Shown: in pieces, positions 18,478 through 28,280 of the stretch
How the letters are laid out: each line of letters opens with the position of its first letter
How positions within the stretch are numbered: position 1 is the stretch's first letter
DNA from: Acutalibacteraceae bacterium
GTDB taxonomy: Bacteria > Bacillota > Clostridia > Oscillospirales > Acutalibacteraceae
Length of the DNA: 64,000 nucleotides
Direction: 5' to 3'
Assembly: GCA_045579585.1 (NCBI GenBank)
Contig: JAZNMK010000009.1
Span: 3,705 to 67,704, forward strand
The notes under the pieces: generated by a model
Told to the model about the DNA's origin: nothing
The model's database searches: none
Seen by the model: the letters and a program-made list of their open reading frames with translations, nothing else
Program-made: the position numbers and the translations under genes

Positions 18478-19655
18478 AGTTTACCCTCCATTAGTGCATA
18501 AAATTTGTCGATTTCTTCTTCGTTTCCTGTTTTTTCTTTTTTCAGGTTTTCGCTGAGTGTTTTGCACAGCTCTTCGCTGTTTAAGAGTGTCTCAATTTTT
18601 TCTGCTATAGATTCTGCATTTATTTCTGCAAGCAGTGCCGTCACGTTATCTTCAAGCTGGTCATAAACCGTCGGGAATTTTGTGCAGACAACAGGCTTGG
18701 CAAAAATCTTTGCTTCGTCAACTGCGATTGATTTACCTTCGAAATAAGAAGGCTGTACGTAGATATCGCAGTTTTTGATGTAGGGGTAGGGGTTTGCTTT
18801 TTCACCCAGGAGAATGAATCTTTCCTCAAGGTGAAGCTCTTTGATACGGTTTTCGATTTGCTCCTGCAGGTCACCCTTGCCGATGGCAAACCACCTGAAA
18901 TCAATGCCTTTGTCGCAGAGAATTTTTGCGGCTTCCACCGCCATATCGTATCCCTTCTGTGCAGAAAACCTGCCGACGGTGAGAAGCTTTCGGGTGGTTG
19001 CGCTTTCGTATTCGGCGGCAGTTTCTTTGCCGAGGGTTTCGAGTATGGAGGGTGACACAATATTGAGCATCAGCTTTATTTTGTTTTCAAGGTCGGGAAA
19101 AACTTTTTTAAGCACGTTTACACATTCATCGGAAACACTGACGAGGTAATCAAGCTTTTCGAAAAATGGGCGGTCAAAATCTTTGTTGAGTCCGAGCTTG
19201 ATGTAATCGTTGTGAACGTATCCTATTTTTATATCGGCATCAACACTGTCAACACAGTAATATACAGGGTTGCCCTCAAGATAGGCTACGGCAACGTCAT
19301 AGTGCTTGTCGGGTTTTGGTAACGCTTTTTTTATGCAGCTCCAAACAGCTTTTCTGTCGCCGCTTTTAAGCGCGTTTGCATATTTTATACGGTTAGCGGC
19401 AAAGGCGAAATCTAAGCTTTTGATGCTTGCTTTGATGCAGCCGGTGAGGCTGCCGTCAAACAGCATATATTTTTTGCCGGCATCGGTTATGTTTACCTGC
19501 GGCGGTACACTCGGCAGGAAAAGCCCTTGTTTGCGGAAAAGGAAAAGATCGACGTCATACCTGCTGTAGTCAAACAGATTCAGCAGGGTAATCAGTGCTT
19601 TTTCTGCGCCGCCGCTACCGAGATCAGGCATTACAAAAAGCAGTTTTTTCTTCAT
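18474..19655 (-). CDS. GT4 glycosyltransferase (paralog A)
   Basis: GSGGAEK N-terminus and EGKSIAVDEAKIFAKPVV (E-x7-E) C-terminal motif. Full-length similarity to the 30365-31561 product. Confidence 0.85.
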   Translation of the reverse strand: MKKKLLFVMPDLGSGGAEKALITLLNLFDYSRYDVDLFLFRKQGLFLPSVPPQVNITDAGKKYMLFDGSLTGCIKASIKSLDFAFAANRIKYANALKSGDRKAVWSCIKKALPKPDKHYDVAVAYLEGNPVYYCVDSVDADIKIGYVHNDYIKLGLNKDFDRPFFEKLDYLVSVSDECVNVLKKVFPDLENKIKLMLNIVSPSILETLGKETAAEYESATTRKLLTVGRFSAQKGYDMAVEAAKILCDKGIDFRWFAIGKGDLQEQIENRIKELHLEERFILLGEKANPYPYIKNCDIYVQPSYFEGKSIAVDEAKIFAKPVVCTKFPTVYDQLEDNVTALLAEINAESIAEKIETLLNSEELCKTLSENLKKEKTGNEEEIDKFYALMEGKL

Positions 19656-19667
19656 AAGAACGCCCTC

Positions 19668-20816
19668 TCATATTATTTCTTTCAGCGCTTCGCCTGCACT
19701 GAAAGCAAGCGCTTTCTTTTCGGGTATTACCTGGTTGAGAACTTCGCGCATTTTGGCTGCATTTCTTTCAATTCTGCGAAGGCAGATAAAGAGGTCATCT
19801 GCCGATTTGACGGATTTTATGCTTTCTACGCAAACTTCTTTGCCGAAAAGGTCTTTAGCAATGCCGCGCGCTTTTATGCTGTAGCTGAGTGCAAAAACGG
19901 GTACGCCGTTTGAGTAGGCGCCGATTGTTGCGTGAGTACGCGCGGCAATGAGCATCTCGCATTTGTTAATGTAACCCTTATACTGTGAGGCCGAAAGATT
20001 ATCCGGCACAATGATTGTGCGGCTTAAGTTTGCGTTATCGTAAATTTCTTTGAGAAAAGTGTAGTCGTTGTTGTCGCCCTCGTCAATTGTGACGTGGGGG
20101 ATGAGCACAGGTGTATAATGGGTTTCTGCCTCGACCTTTTCGAGAAAACGCGAGGCATATTCAGAAAGCTTGGGACAGTATTCTGCAACAAGCGGGCTGA
20201 GGTTTATGCCAAGCAGATGCTCGCCTTCAAGGTTTGCCTCTTTTGTTGCCAGTGTGAATGCGGGGTCAGCAAAAAGCCGAACCTTGTCAATGCCGGCGTT
20301 TTCAAGCACTTCTTTTGTGAGCGGTTCGCGTGCAAAAATTCCGTCGATGCTCCTGAGTGTTTCGATTTTTTCGGGCGAGAGGTCTTCCTTGCCTATTGAG
20401 CAGCCCCACAGCACAACTTTTTTGCCGAGCGCTTTGAACTGAGCGATAAGATTTCGGCACAGTTCATTGTTACCGTAGCAGAAAGTGTCTCCGCCGATGC
20501 AAAGGCATACATCACAGTCCTGCGCAAAACGCACGGAATCCTTGTATGCGGCGCGAAAATAGTAATCGGAGCGGTGAAGTACTTTGTAGTAAAAAGCGTT
20601 GATGTATTTTTCGGCAAATGAAAGCGGCTGGGCAGCAACCCCTTTTACTGTAAGCCCGTGTATATCGGATAAAACGATATCGGACTCCGGATCATATGAG
20701 AGAAGGGTATATCCGCTGCCGGGAAACGCGGCTTCAAGTATATTTACAGTTGAACGCACCAGTGCTTCACAACCTCTGTTGAGGCAGCCCGAGTGGTCAA
20801 AAAGTAAAAATTTCAT
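19668..20816 (-). CDS. polysaccharide pyruvyl transferase family protein
   Basis: N-terminal NRGCEAL motif and overall pattern of the CsaB/WcaK/EpsI-O type; 382 aa. Confidence 0.65.
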   Translation of the reverse strand: MKFLLFDHSGCLNRGCEALVRSTVNILEAAFPGSGYTLLSYDPESDIVLSDIHGLTVKGVAAQPLSFAEKYINAFYYKVLHRSDYYFRAAYKDSVRFAQDCDVCLCIGGDTFCYGNNELCRNLIAQFKALGKKVVLWGCSIGKEDLSPEKIETLRSIDGIFAREPLTKEVLENAGIDKVRLFADPAFTLATKEANLEGEHLLGINLSPLVAEYCPKLSEYASRFLEKVEAETHYTPVLIPHVTIDEGDNNDYTFLKEIYDNANLSRTIIVPDNLSASQYKGYINKCEMLIAARTHATIGAYSNGVPVFALSYSIKARGIAKDLFGKEVCVESIKSVKSADDLFICLRRIERNAAKMREVLNQVIPEKKALAFSAGEALKEII

Positions 20817-20819
20817 ATA

Positions 20820-21839
20820 TTACGAGTTCCTTTCGTTTATCAGTTTCTGAATGAAGAGAACGGTAAGTGTCATAAATACATTGCGCTTTGAAAAGGCTGT
20901 TGCGAGAGCAGAAAGAATTCTGCCGTTGTGTTGCTTTATGTAGTCGGTTGAACAGTCAATTTTTTCCATAAAGGCAGCATTGTCAAAATACTTTTTTGCT
21001 GATGCTTTGGCATCTTTTCGGCTGAGCGAATAGCGGCGCTGAAGAAAATCGGCAAAAGAATAGAAGAGAAAAGCAGCTTTTTCGGTTCTTACAACCTCTG
21101 CATCAAGCCCGAGAGACAGGAAAATCCGCACCTCATCGTCATATGTGCTGAGAAGCTCATCAAGCACCTTGTCGGAGTGCATTGCGCTTGACGGAACATC
21201 GAGATAAAAGTATCCGTTTGATTCGACATATACGGCACAGTTGCAATGCCTTAAAAATTCAAGCACAAAGCGCTTGTCTTCTCCGATTTTAATTCCGGTA
21301 GGGAATTCGATACAGTGTTCGTTTATGGTTGAGCGCCTGAATATTTTTGACCATACATTGTTGTACATTCCGTCAGATAACATTTTGCGTGCAACTGTGT
21401 TTATTAGCTCGGATTGAGAAAAGATTTTTCCGTTGTCAAACTCAGTTTCAGATGGTCTGTGTTCACCGTTATAAATCAGCGTAAAGCCATTGAAAGCCAT
21501 ATCGCAGTTGTTTTTTTTGGCAGCACTCAGCAGCTTCTCAAAATAATCGGGAGCAACCGTGTCATCTGCATCAATAAAACCGATGTATTCACCGTCGGCT
21601 TTCTTTATGCCTGCATTTCGTGCGGCACTTACACCCCCGTTTTTGCGGTGAATAACAACCGTATCGGAACGTTTTGAAGCAAAATCGTCACATATTGCAG
21701 GGCTTGAGTCCGAAGAGCCGTCGTCAACCAGAATAATCTGTATTGAGTCGGCAACTGTTTGGGCTGCAAGGCTTTCAAGTGCCTTAGGCAAGTGTTTTTC
21801 CGCGTTATATACGGGAACAATTACGGATAAGCTGTACAT
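20820..21839 (-). CDS. GT2 glycosyltransferase
   Basis: LSVIVPVYNAEKHL, DDGSSD and IDADD motifs. Confidence 0.85.
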   Translation of the reverse strand: MYSLSVIVPVYNAEKHLPKALESLAAQTVADSIQIILVDDGSSDSSPAICDDFASKRSDTVVIHRKNGGVSAARNAGIKKADGEYIGFIDADDTVAPDYFEKLLSAAKKNNCDMAFNGFTLIYNGEHRPSETEFDNGKIFSQSELINTVARKMLSDGMYNNVWSKIFRRSTINEHCIEFPTGIKIGEDKRFVLEFLRHCNCAVYVESNGYFYLDVPSSAMHSDKVLDELLSTYDDEVRIFLSLGLDAEVVRTEKAAFLFYSFADFLQRRYSLSRKDAKASAKKYFDNAAFMEKIDCSTDYIKQHNGRILSALATAFSKRNVFMTLTVLFIQKLINERNS

Positions 21840-21852
21840 CGTACGGTGCTCC

Positions 21853-23037
21853 TTAGTTTTCGATAAAATCGTAAAGCAACTGTATACTTTCGCTGTTGCT
21901 GAAGTCGCGGCTCAGGCAGTTCTTGCTCAGTCTTTTGCGCGTGGTTTCGTCGCTAAGCAGGGCGGTAAGTGCATCTGCCACAGCCTTAGTGCCCATAGGG
22001 CAGATAACGCCGTCAACTCCGTTTTCAACCTGGCTCGGGGCAGTTTCGTAGGCGGTTATAAGTACGGGCTTGCCGAGGGTCTGAGCCTCTCGTACCGTTA
22101 CCGCCTTGCCCTCGTAACGTGACGGCTGAGTGTAAACGTCACAGGCCGCCATATAAGGGTATGGGTTTGTTTTTTTGCCGAGGATTATCATAGTATCCTC
22201 AACACCGTTTTCCTTGATTTTTGAGCGAATAAGCTCTTCGTCGGGGCCGTAACCTATCAGGTACCACTTAAAGTCACATCCGTTTTCTTTCATAATTCTG
22301 CAGCTTTCTGCTGCCAGATCAAATGCTTTCGGATGGGCAAATCTGCCGACGGAAAGAACGGATTTTTTGGAAAAATCAAAACCCTCGGGGCGTTCTTTTT
22401 CTGCTTGTGATTTTACAAATTCTGCAGAGAGAATGTTTTCGATTGTGATTACTCTGTCAGAGAGTGAGGGGTAAACTTTTTTGAACGCTTCACCGACTTC
22501 ATCCGAAACGCCTGCAATTTTATCAAAGCGTTTCCATATCTTTTCGTCCTTTTCAAAGTCCATTTTTGCAACGGTGTAGTCGGTATGAATCCAGGCAATT
22601 TTTTTGTCAGCCGTTACTTTTTTTGCGGCATAATCGTGTGGCCACATAAAACTTATTGCAGCGTCATATTTTTTGCTTTGTGCGGGCATATGCTTAACGC
22701 AGCTTCTCCAGTAGGAGGAGAGCAGGGCAAAGGCTGCACCGTCGTCACTGCCGTATTTTTTCGGCACGGCAATACGGTTCAGAGCACGCCTTACACCTAT
22801 AGCGGGTACGGATCTGATTGCTGCAGATATCGGCAGAGTCATAGCAGCACAGGCTTTTATTTCGGGCAGAATGTTGCAGCGCTTATCAACGAGCGGCAGC
22901 AGCTCGCCTCCTACGCTGAAAAGCAGAAGGTCTACATCATATCTTTCGTAATCAAGCTCACCCAGCAGCCCGAGCAGACTGCGCTCAATTCCGCCTATTT
23001 CCATTCCGCCGCTGATTATCAGAAGCTGTTTTTTCAT
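21853..23037 (-). CDS. GT4 glycosyltransferase (paralog C)
   Basis: Start moved to ATG 23037 (MKKQLLIISGGMEIGGIERS), which makes an ATGA overlap with the upstream gene's stop. C-terminal EGKAVTVREAQTLGKPVL motif. Confidence 0.82.
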   Translation of the reverse strand: MKKQLLIISGGMEIGGIERSLLGLLGELDYERYDVDLLLFSVGGELLPLVDKRCNILPEIKACAAMTLPISAAIRSVPAIGVRRALNRIAVPKKYGSDDGAAFALLSSYWRSCVKHMPAQSKKYDAAISFMWPHDYAAKKVTADKKIAWIHTDYTVAKMDFEKDEKIWKRFDKIAGVSDEVGEAFKKVYPSLSDRVITIENILSAEFVKSQAEKERPEGFDFSKKSVLSVGRFAHPKAFDLAAESCRIMKENGCDFKWYLIGYGPDEELIRSKIKENGVEDTMIILGKKTNPYPYMAACDVYTQPSRYEGKAVTVREAQTLGKPVLITAYETAPSQVENGVDGVICPMGTKAVADALTALLSDETTRKRLSKNCLSRDFSNSESIQLLYDFIEN

Positions 23038-23750
23038 TTTTTGTTTCCTCTTCTGAAAAAGTTTACGCCGAGATATCTGTGAAGAATTCTTGTTATGCGG
23101 TTTCGGATGATATCTTTTTTGCTCATCCAGCTTTTGGCATACCAATGAATTGCGCAGGTGTTTTCCGTTTTTTTCATAACGCCCGTCAGGTCATTAAACG
23201 GGCAGAAGTATTCGCGCGGGAATACGGAGAATCCGTCACATTCCTGTACGGTGTCGTTATCGTTTTTTAAGCCGTGGTTTTTCAGCGTATCGGTGAAATA
23301 TTTGCAGATTGTAACAGTATTCAGGCTGCCGTCAGGCTTGATGAATTCAAGCCCTGCATAGGTTTCCAGAATTTCACCAAGCAAACCGTTGCCTGCTTCT
23401 TTTGACCACAGCACGAGGCCCGGGTTTACAAACTCATCTGTTTCAAATCCGACAAAAGCCTCTTTTTCGAGCAGGTTGTAAAATGGCTTTATAACCTCGA
23501 CGTCAGTGTCAAAATAAAGTCCGCCTTGTTCGTGCAGAATTTTGAATCGTGCAAAATCCGACACAAAGGCAAATTTTTTCTCATCGTATGCCTGAGAAAT
23601 ATATTTGTTCTGCCTTACGTCAAAGTTGGATTCATTCCACTCTTTTATCTCAAAATCGGGAAAGAATTCTTTCCATGATGCAATACATTTTTCGATTGTT
23701 TTACCTTTTTCGGCGCCGCCGAACCAAAAGTAGTGAATGGTTTTGTTCAT
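23034..23750 (-). CDS. GT32-type glycosyltransferase (DXD sugar-binding region protein)
   Basis: IHYFWFGG...W....P.FEIKEWNE...FVSDFARFKILHEQGGLYFDTDVEV is the classic Gly_transf_sug/OCH1-like signature. Confidence 0.8.
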   Translation of the reverse strand: MNKTIHYFWFGGAEKGKTIEKCIASWKEFFPDFEIKEWNESNFDVRQNKYISQAYDEKKFAFVSDFARFKILHEQGGLYFDTDVEVIKPFYNLLEKEAFVGFETDEFVNPGLVLWSKEAGNGLLGEILETYAGLEFIKPDGSLNTVTICKYFTDTLKNHGLKNDNDTVQECDGFSVFPREYFCPFNDLTGVMKKTENTCAIHWYAKSWMSKKDIIRNRITRILHRYLGVNFFRRGNKK

Positions 23751-23769
23751 CGTTTGTTTTCTCCCGGTT

Positions 23770-24909
23770 TTAGTTCAGATACAAGAATTTGAACCACATT
23801 TCGTTGTGCGGTGTAAAGAAATCAGTTGTATACCAGTTCATACGCTGTGAACGGGCATCCGTTATGAAGAAAACGGCATAAGCGGCAAAAATAACAATCG
23901 AGAAAAAGCGGTATTTGCCCGACCTGAGAACGGAAACGAAAACCATTGCCATAAGAAGAACGACGTATGCACAGGTGTAGAAAGAAAAACGTGCAAAAAT
24001 CCAGTTGTAAAGGGCGAGAATATAAATTGCTGTGTGAACGAGAGAAATGTTTATCAGAATATCCGAAATCGGGCCGAACCGCCGTATCTGTTTTGAAAAC
24101 AATGCGGCAAGGACCGTCGGCAAACAGTTGAAGAGAACTCGTATCAGGCCCGTGCCTGTTTCCTGGCCGTCGGTAAACCAACCGTCAGCATAACCTGAGT
24201 AGTTTGTATCCTCGAGTATGCCGAGAAATGACGGCAGGAACATACTGACAAGCAAAAGACCTCCTACACCGATTGCAAGAGAAACGAATGTGGGTGCGGA
24301 CCACGCTTTGCGTCGGCAGAGGAAATATACGGGAATCATAATAAGCGCCGAGTCGTGAATAAGTGACGCTACAATGACGAGAGCAAACAGCTTCCAGAAA
24401 TCGGATTTTTTGGGCGAGAAAAGGAATTTTGTGCCGAGCAGAACAACGCCTGTTGCTATGTACTGACGGATACCGTTCATAGTCGATACATAAATACCCA
24501 TAGTGAAAAAAAGGTACATAGCAAGGGAATAATCAACCGCATAGTTGTAAATGACAAACACGAACGGAACAATTGTTACGATAGAGCTCATCATAACAAA
24601 AGAAGAATATTCCGCGCCCGATTTGATGAAGAAATACTGAATCAGTTCAAACAAAAAGGCTTTTTGCCCCCATACAGGCATTGCTGCGCCTGACTCTTCC
24701 AGCAGGTGATAGGTGTGTACATAATAAATTGTATCGCCGATGTTGTTTCTCAATCCGGCATAGAGAATCATAATCAATGCTGGAACAACAAGGCCTATAA
24801 GGTTTGGTTTGCGCTTATCCAGAGCGTTGCGTGCCTTGCTCGGAACAGCCTGACCGAACCAGGTAAACAGCATGCTCAGGGTGAATACAACTACTAAATC
24901 GGTAGGCAT
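23770..24909 (-). CDS. EpsG-family polytopic membrane protein (Wzy-like polysaccharide polymerase)
   Basis: 379 aa with about 10 TM helices; the N-terminal third resembles EpsG-family polymerases; sits inside the glycosyltransferase operon. Confidence 0.6.
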   Translation of the reverse strand: MPTDLVVVFTLSMLFTWFGQAVPSKARNALDKRKPNLIGLVVPALIMILYAGLRNNIGDTIYYVHTYHLLEESGAAMPVWGQKAFLFELIQYFFIKSGAEYSSFVMMSSIVTIVPFVFVIYNYAVDYSLAMYLFFTMGIYVSTMNGIRQYIATGVVLLGTKFLFSPKKSDFWKLFALVIVASLIHDSALIMIPVYFLCRRKAWSAPTFVSLAIGVGGLLLVSMFLPSFLGILEDTNYSGYADGWFTDGQETGTGLIRVLFNCLPTVLAALFSKQIRRFGPISDILINISLVHTAIYILALYNWIFARFSFYTCAYVVLLMAMVFVSVLRSGKYRFFSIVIFAAYAVFFITDARSQRMNWYTTDFFTPHNEMWFKFLYLN

Positions 24910-24913
24910 CTGA

Positions 24914-25726
24914 TTAATCCTTTCGCTTATCTTTAACGTTGTGGTATTTTCTTACAAGAGCGTGAGGTGTAAATGCAACGAGAATCTGTCGGCCTGCAAG
25001 GATTTTGTATCTGAATCCAAGTCCGGCTTTTTTACAGGCGTTATACCTGTATTTTGCACAGTTTATGTCAAATTTTAATTTGCGGCGCTTGTAGGTGTCC
25101 AGGTCTTCGCGTACAAAGTAGAGCGGTTCAAGAATGTTTGCAGCCTTGTACCCTGCAAGGTAAAACCGCCAGAACATATCAACATCTTCAATGCGTTCTG
25201 TTTCGGGGCGCACATCATAGCCGCTGATTGAGCGCAGCGCCTCGATGCGCATCATCATTGTTGCGTGGCAGCAAGGGTTGCTTTTGGCCAGATACTCGAT
25301 TGTAGGATAAGGCGGTGCTTTTCGCACTCTGTCATTGTTGATGCCGTCAATAATCTGCATAAAGGTACCGACACAGGCGTAATCGAGGTTTTCATCCAGG
25401 AATCGCACCTGTTTTTCAAATCTGTCAGGTGCGCAGTAGTCGTCGCCGTCAAGCCGTGCGCAGTAGTCGCCGGTTGCAACCTCGAGGCAGTGGTTGAGCG
25501 TTCTGCCGAGTTTTATGTTGTGTTCGTTGCGTATCAGCTTGATTCTCGGGTCCTTGTCGGCATAACTTTTTGCCACGTCGTAAGTTGTGTCTGTTGAGCA
25601 ATCGTCACACAGTATCAGCTCAAAGTTGTCATATGTCTGACAAAGTACGGATTCTATGCACTGGCTCAGCGTATCGGCGCAGTTGTATATTCCGACAAGT
25701 ACGCTTACTTTTGAGCGGTTGCTCAT
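24914..25726 (-). CDS. GT2 glycosyltransferase
   Basis: VSVLVGIYNCADTL, CDDCSTD and LDGDD motifs. ATG 25726 is preferred (GAGGTG, 6 nt, ATG) over GTG 25735. Confidence 0.85.
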   Translation of the reverse strand: MSNRSKVSVLVGIYNCADTLSQCIESVLCQTYDNFELILCDDCSTDTTYDVAKSYADKDPRIKLIRNEHNIKLGRTLNHCLEVATGDYCARLDGDDYCAPDRFEKQVRFLDENLDYACVGTFMQIIDGINNDRVRKAPPYPTIEYLAKSNPCCHATMMMRIEALRSISGYDVRPETERIEDVDMFWRFYLAGYKAANILEPLYFVREDLDTYKRRKLKFDINCAKYRYNACKKAGLGFRYKILAGRQILVAFTPHALVRKYHNVKDKRKD

Positions 25727-25752
25727 ACGTTTCACCTCGAATTAAATGTTTG

Positions 25753-27666
25753 TCAATTGCTGAAATTGGGTACGAGCTCAAGCAGAAGCTCGCGTACGTT
25801 GTGCCTGTTGGCATTTTTGAGCTTTTCAAGCCCTTCTTCAAGCTTTTCACTGCTGAATTCTACGGGAGGCAGCACAAAAATTTTGTTGTTGGCTGTGAGC
25901 TGCATTTCGCTCTCTTCCTCTGCAAGCGTCAGTTCCTCGTAAAGCTTTTCGCCGGGACGAAGTCCTGTGAACTCGATTTTGATTTCTTCGTAAGGCTTGT
26001 AGCCTGAGAGGGTGATGAGCTTTTCGGCGAGCGATGTTATGCTGACCGGCTCTCCCATATCAAGCACAAATATCTCGCCGCCCTTTGATATGCCGCCTGC
26101 CTGCACAACGAGCTGTGCAGCTTCGGGAATGGTCATAAAATAGCGTGTAATGTCCTTGTGGGTAACGGTAACGGGACCGCCGTTTGCAATCTGCTCTTTA
26201 AAAATCGGAATAACGCTGCCGTTTGAACCAAGTACATTGCCGAAACGTACGGCAGCAAAATGTGTGCCCGTGTTCTTGCGTTCGAAATACTGAATTATAA
26301 GTTCAGTTACACGCTTCGTTGCACCCATAACATTAGTGGGGTTGACAGCCTTGTCCGTCGAGAGAATTACAAACTTGCTTACGTTGTGCTCGATAGCTGC
26401 CTTAGCCGTATTGTATGTACCGAATATGTTGTTTTTAACTGCTTCGCAGGGGCTGTCTTCCATCAACGGAACATGCTTGTGGGCAGCTGCATGGAACATA
26501 ACGGAAGGCTTGAACTCGCTGAGCACTTCGTCAAGTCGCTTCGGATCCTGGACAGAGCCGATACGGATGAAAAACTGCACTTTACCGCGGTACTTACGGT
26601 CAAGCTTGTTCTTGAGAATGAATGCGTTGTTTTCGTAGTTGTCGAAGATGACAACCTTTGCAGGGCTGTAGCGTGCAACCTGGGCGCAGATTTCGGAGCC
26701 GATTGAACCGCCGCCGCCGGTGACAACTATTGTTTGATCTTTCAGATATGAGCAAATATCGTTGTTTAAAAGCACCTCCGGCCTTGCGAGCAGGTCGGTA
26801 ATTTCTACGTTACGTATTGTGGGTTCGGAAACGCTTTTTTCCGTAATTTCCTGAAGGGAGAGCGAAGTTTTCAGTGAACAACCTGTTTGGATTGCAAGCT
26901 TGAGAATCTCGCTCCTGCGTTGCGGTGTTGCGGATGGAATTGCGTAAATGATTTCGTCAACCTTGTACTTTTCTGCAAGTTCGGGTATTTTTTCACAGTC
27001 GCCCTTGACGGGAATTCCGTCCACTCGTTTTCCTGATTTGAGAGGATTATCGTCAACAAAGACAACAGGCTTTCCGATTGAAAATGCCGTTGCTTCAAGC
27101 TCTTTGAGTATTGTAAGGCCCATATCGCCTGCGCCGATAATCATAACGCGTTTACCTGCACCTCTACGTGCGCCGACTGAATGTGCCTTCTTTGTGCGGC
27201 GTATTATTCTGTACAGAATACGCACACCGCCGCTTGAACCCACGGTGAGGAACAGAGAAATAAAATATACACTCCAGTTGAGACGAGGTACGGTCAAAAT
27301 GCCGGCTTGTCCGAGGATTACATCAGCTGCAATATTAAGAACGGTTGCAATAATGCCTGCCGTAACGCATCGTGCCATTTCGTGCAGGCCGGCATACTCC
27401 CACAGGCTGTTGTACAGACCGAAAAGGAAGTATATTAGAACGAACAGTACGGTTGTGTGAAGCGATCTGTCAACAAGTGCATCGATCCAGACTTTTGATA
27501 GCGGCTGAAACTCTCTCACGATGAATGATGAGATAAAAAAAGAGAGGTTAACTATAAGTATGTCAAGAAGAATGATTGCGGTTTTCCTGGTTGCTATTGT
27601 GAGAAAAGATGATGCTTCTTCACGCGACTTTCCGGAAGAAAATAGATTTTTCAAAGCAGTGTCCAC
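25753..27666 (-). CDS. membrane-anchored CapD/PglF/EpsC-like NDP-sugar 4,6-dehydratase/epimerase
   Basis: Four N-terminal TM helices, two Rossmann segments (IIGAGDMG; VTGGGGSIGSE) and the Polysacc_synt_2 pattern. The true start may be TTG 27654, which has a well-spaced GAAAGGTGG RBS. Confidence 0.85.
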   Translation of the reverse strand: MDTALKNLFSSGKSREEASSFLTIATRKTAIILLDILIVNLSFFISSFIVREFQPLSKVWIDALVDRSLHTTVLFVLIYFLFGLYNSLWEYAGLHEMARCVTAGIIATVLNIAADVILGQAGILTVPRLNWSVYFISLFLTVGSSGGVRILYRIIRRTKKAHSVGARRGAGKRVMIIGAGDMGLTILKELEATAFSIGKPVVFVDDNPLKSGKRVDGIPVKGDCEKIPELAEKYKVDEIIYAIPSATPQRRSEILKLAIQTGCSLKTSLSLQEITEKSVSEPTIRNVEITDLLARPEVLLNNDICSYLKDQTIVVTGGGGSIGSEICAQVARYSPAKVVIFDNYENNAFILKNKLDRKYRGKVQFFIRIGSVQDPKRLDEVLSEFKPSVMFHAAAHKHVPLMEDSPCEAVKNNIFGTYNTAKAAIEHNVSKFVILSTDKAVNPTNVMGATKRVTELIIQYFERKNTGTHFAAVRFGNVLGSNGSVIPIFKEQIANGGPVTVTHKDITRYFMTIPEAAQLVVQAGGISKGGEIFVLDMGEPVSITSLAEKLITLSGYKPYEEIKIEFTGLRPGEKLYEELTLAEEESEMQLTANNKIFVLPPVEFSSEKLEEGLEKLKNANRHNVRELLLELVPNFSN

Positions 27667-27714
27667 CTTTCAGCATTGGCTGCGTAATTTATCTAATTAC
27701 AATAAATCTATTTT

Positions 27715-27743
27715 ATTATATAGGTAAAAGAGACGCTTGTCAA
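27715..27743 (-). promoter_or_regulatory. consensus sigma-70 promoter for the leftward polysaccharide operon
   Basis: Minus strand: TTGACA (27743-27738), 17 nt, TATAAT (27720-27715); about 50 nt upstream of the CapD-like start. Confidence 0.65.
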
Positions 27744-27833
27744 CCGCTTAATTTTCTCATTAAGAACAAACATTGAAAATCAAGGCAATTGTTTTCGGGT
27801 GCGCGGTTGAGGTGAGATGCATACCTACGAAGG

Positions 27834-27862
27834 TTGACAAAACCTCAACTACTTGGTATTAT
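27834..27862 (+). promoter_or_regulatory. sigma-70 promoter for the small gene at 27899; flanked by an 8-bp inverted repeat
   Basis: TTGACA (27834-27839), 17 nt, TATTAT (27857-27862). GTTGAGGT (27806-27813) and ACCTCAAC (27842-27849) bracket the -35 element. Confidence 0.55.
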
Positions 27863-27898
27863 CGTATTTGATAAGAATAAATTTTGGAGGTACTTATT

Positions 27899-28204
27899 AT
27901 GGTAGGTCTCGGAAAATGGGTTTGCACGGTTGATTCGATGCTGTTTCGCGGTGAAGTGACGGTAAATATTCTTGAGAAGAACGGCGAGTACGATTTTGAA
28001 TTGGAGCTTCCCGGCGTTGATATTCCCGAATATACAATCAAGTCAATCGAAGTTACAGATGACAGCCTTTCCGCTGTTGTAAGCATTGCTATGCTTGGCA
28101 AGGATGCTCAGCTTGATATTGATTTTGACGAGGATTCATTCACGGGTATTCTCAAGCTTCCGCTCATCGGTAAAATCAGACTTAAGGACGGCCATAGAGT
28201 ATAA
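27899..28204 (+). CDS. small acidic hypothetical protein (101 aa)
   Basis: ATG 27899 lies 8 nt after GGAGG. The gene has its own promoter and terminator. No recognisable motif. Confidence 0.55.
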   Translation: MVGLGKWVCTVDSMLFRGEVTVNILEKNGEYDFELELPGVDIPEYTIKSIEVTDDSLSAVVSIAMLGKDAQLDIDFDEDSFTGILKLPLIGKIRLKDGHRV

Positions 28205-28220
28205 TTAATGTTGACTCCCT

Positions 28221-28255
28221 ATGCGGTATGCCTTGTTGTATACCGCATTATTTTT
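28221..28255 (+). terminator. intrinsic terminator after the small gene
   Basis: ATGCGGTAT (28221-28229) / ATACCGCAT (28240-28248) form a 9-bp stem followed by TATTTTT. Confidence 0.65.
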
Positions 28256-28280
28256 CATTTGTTGAAAAAACGATGGTAAT

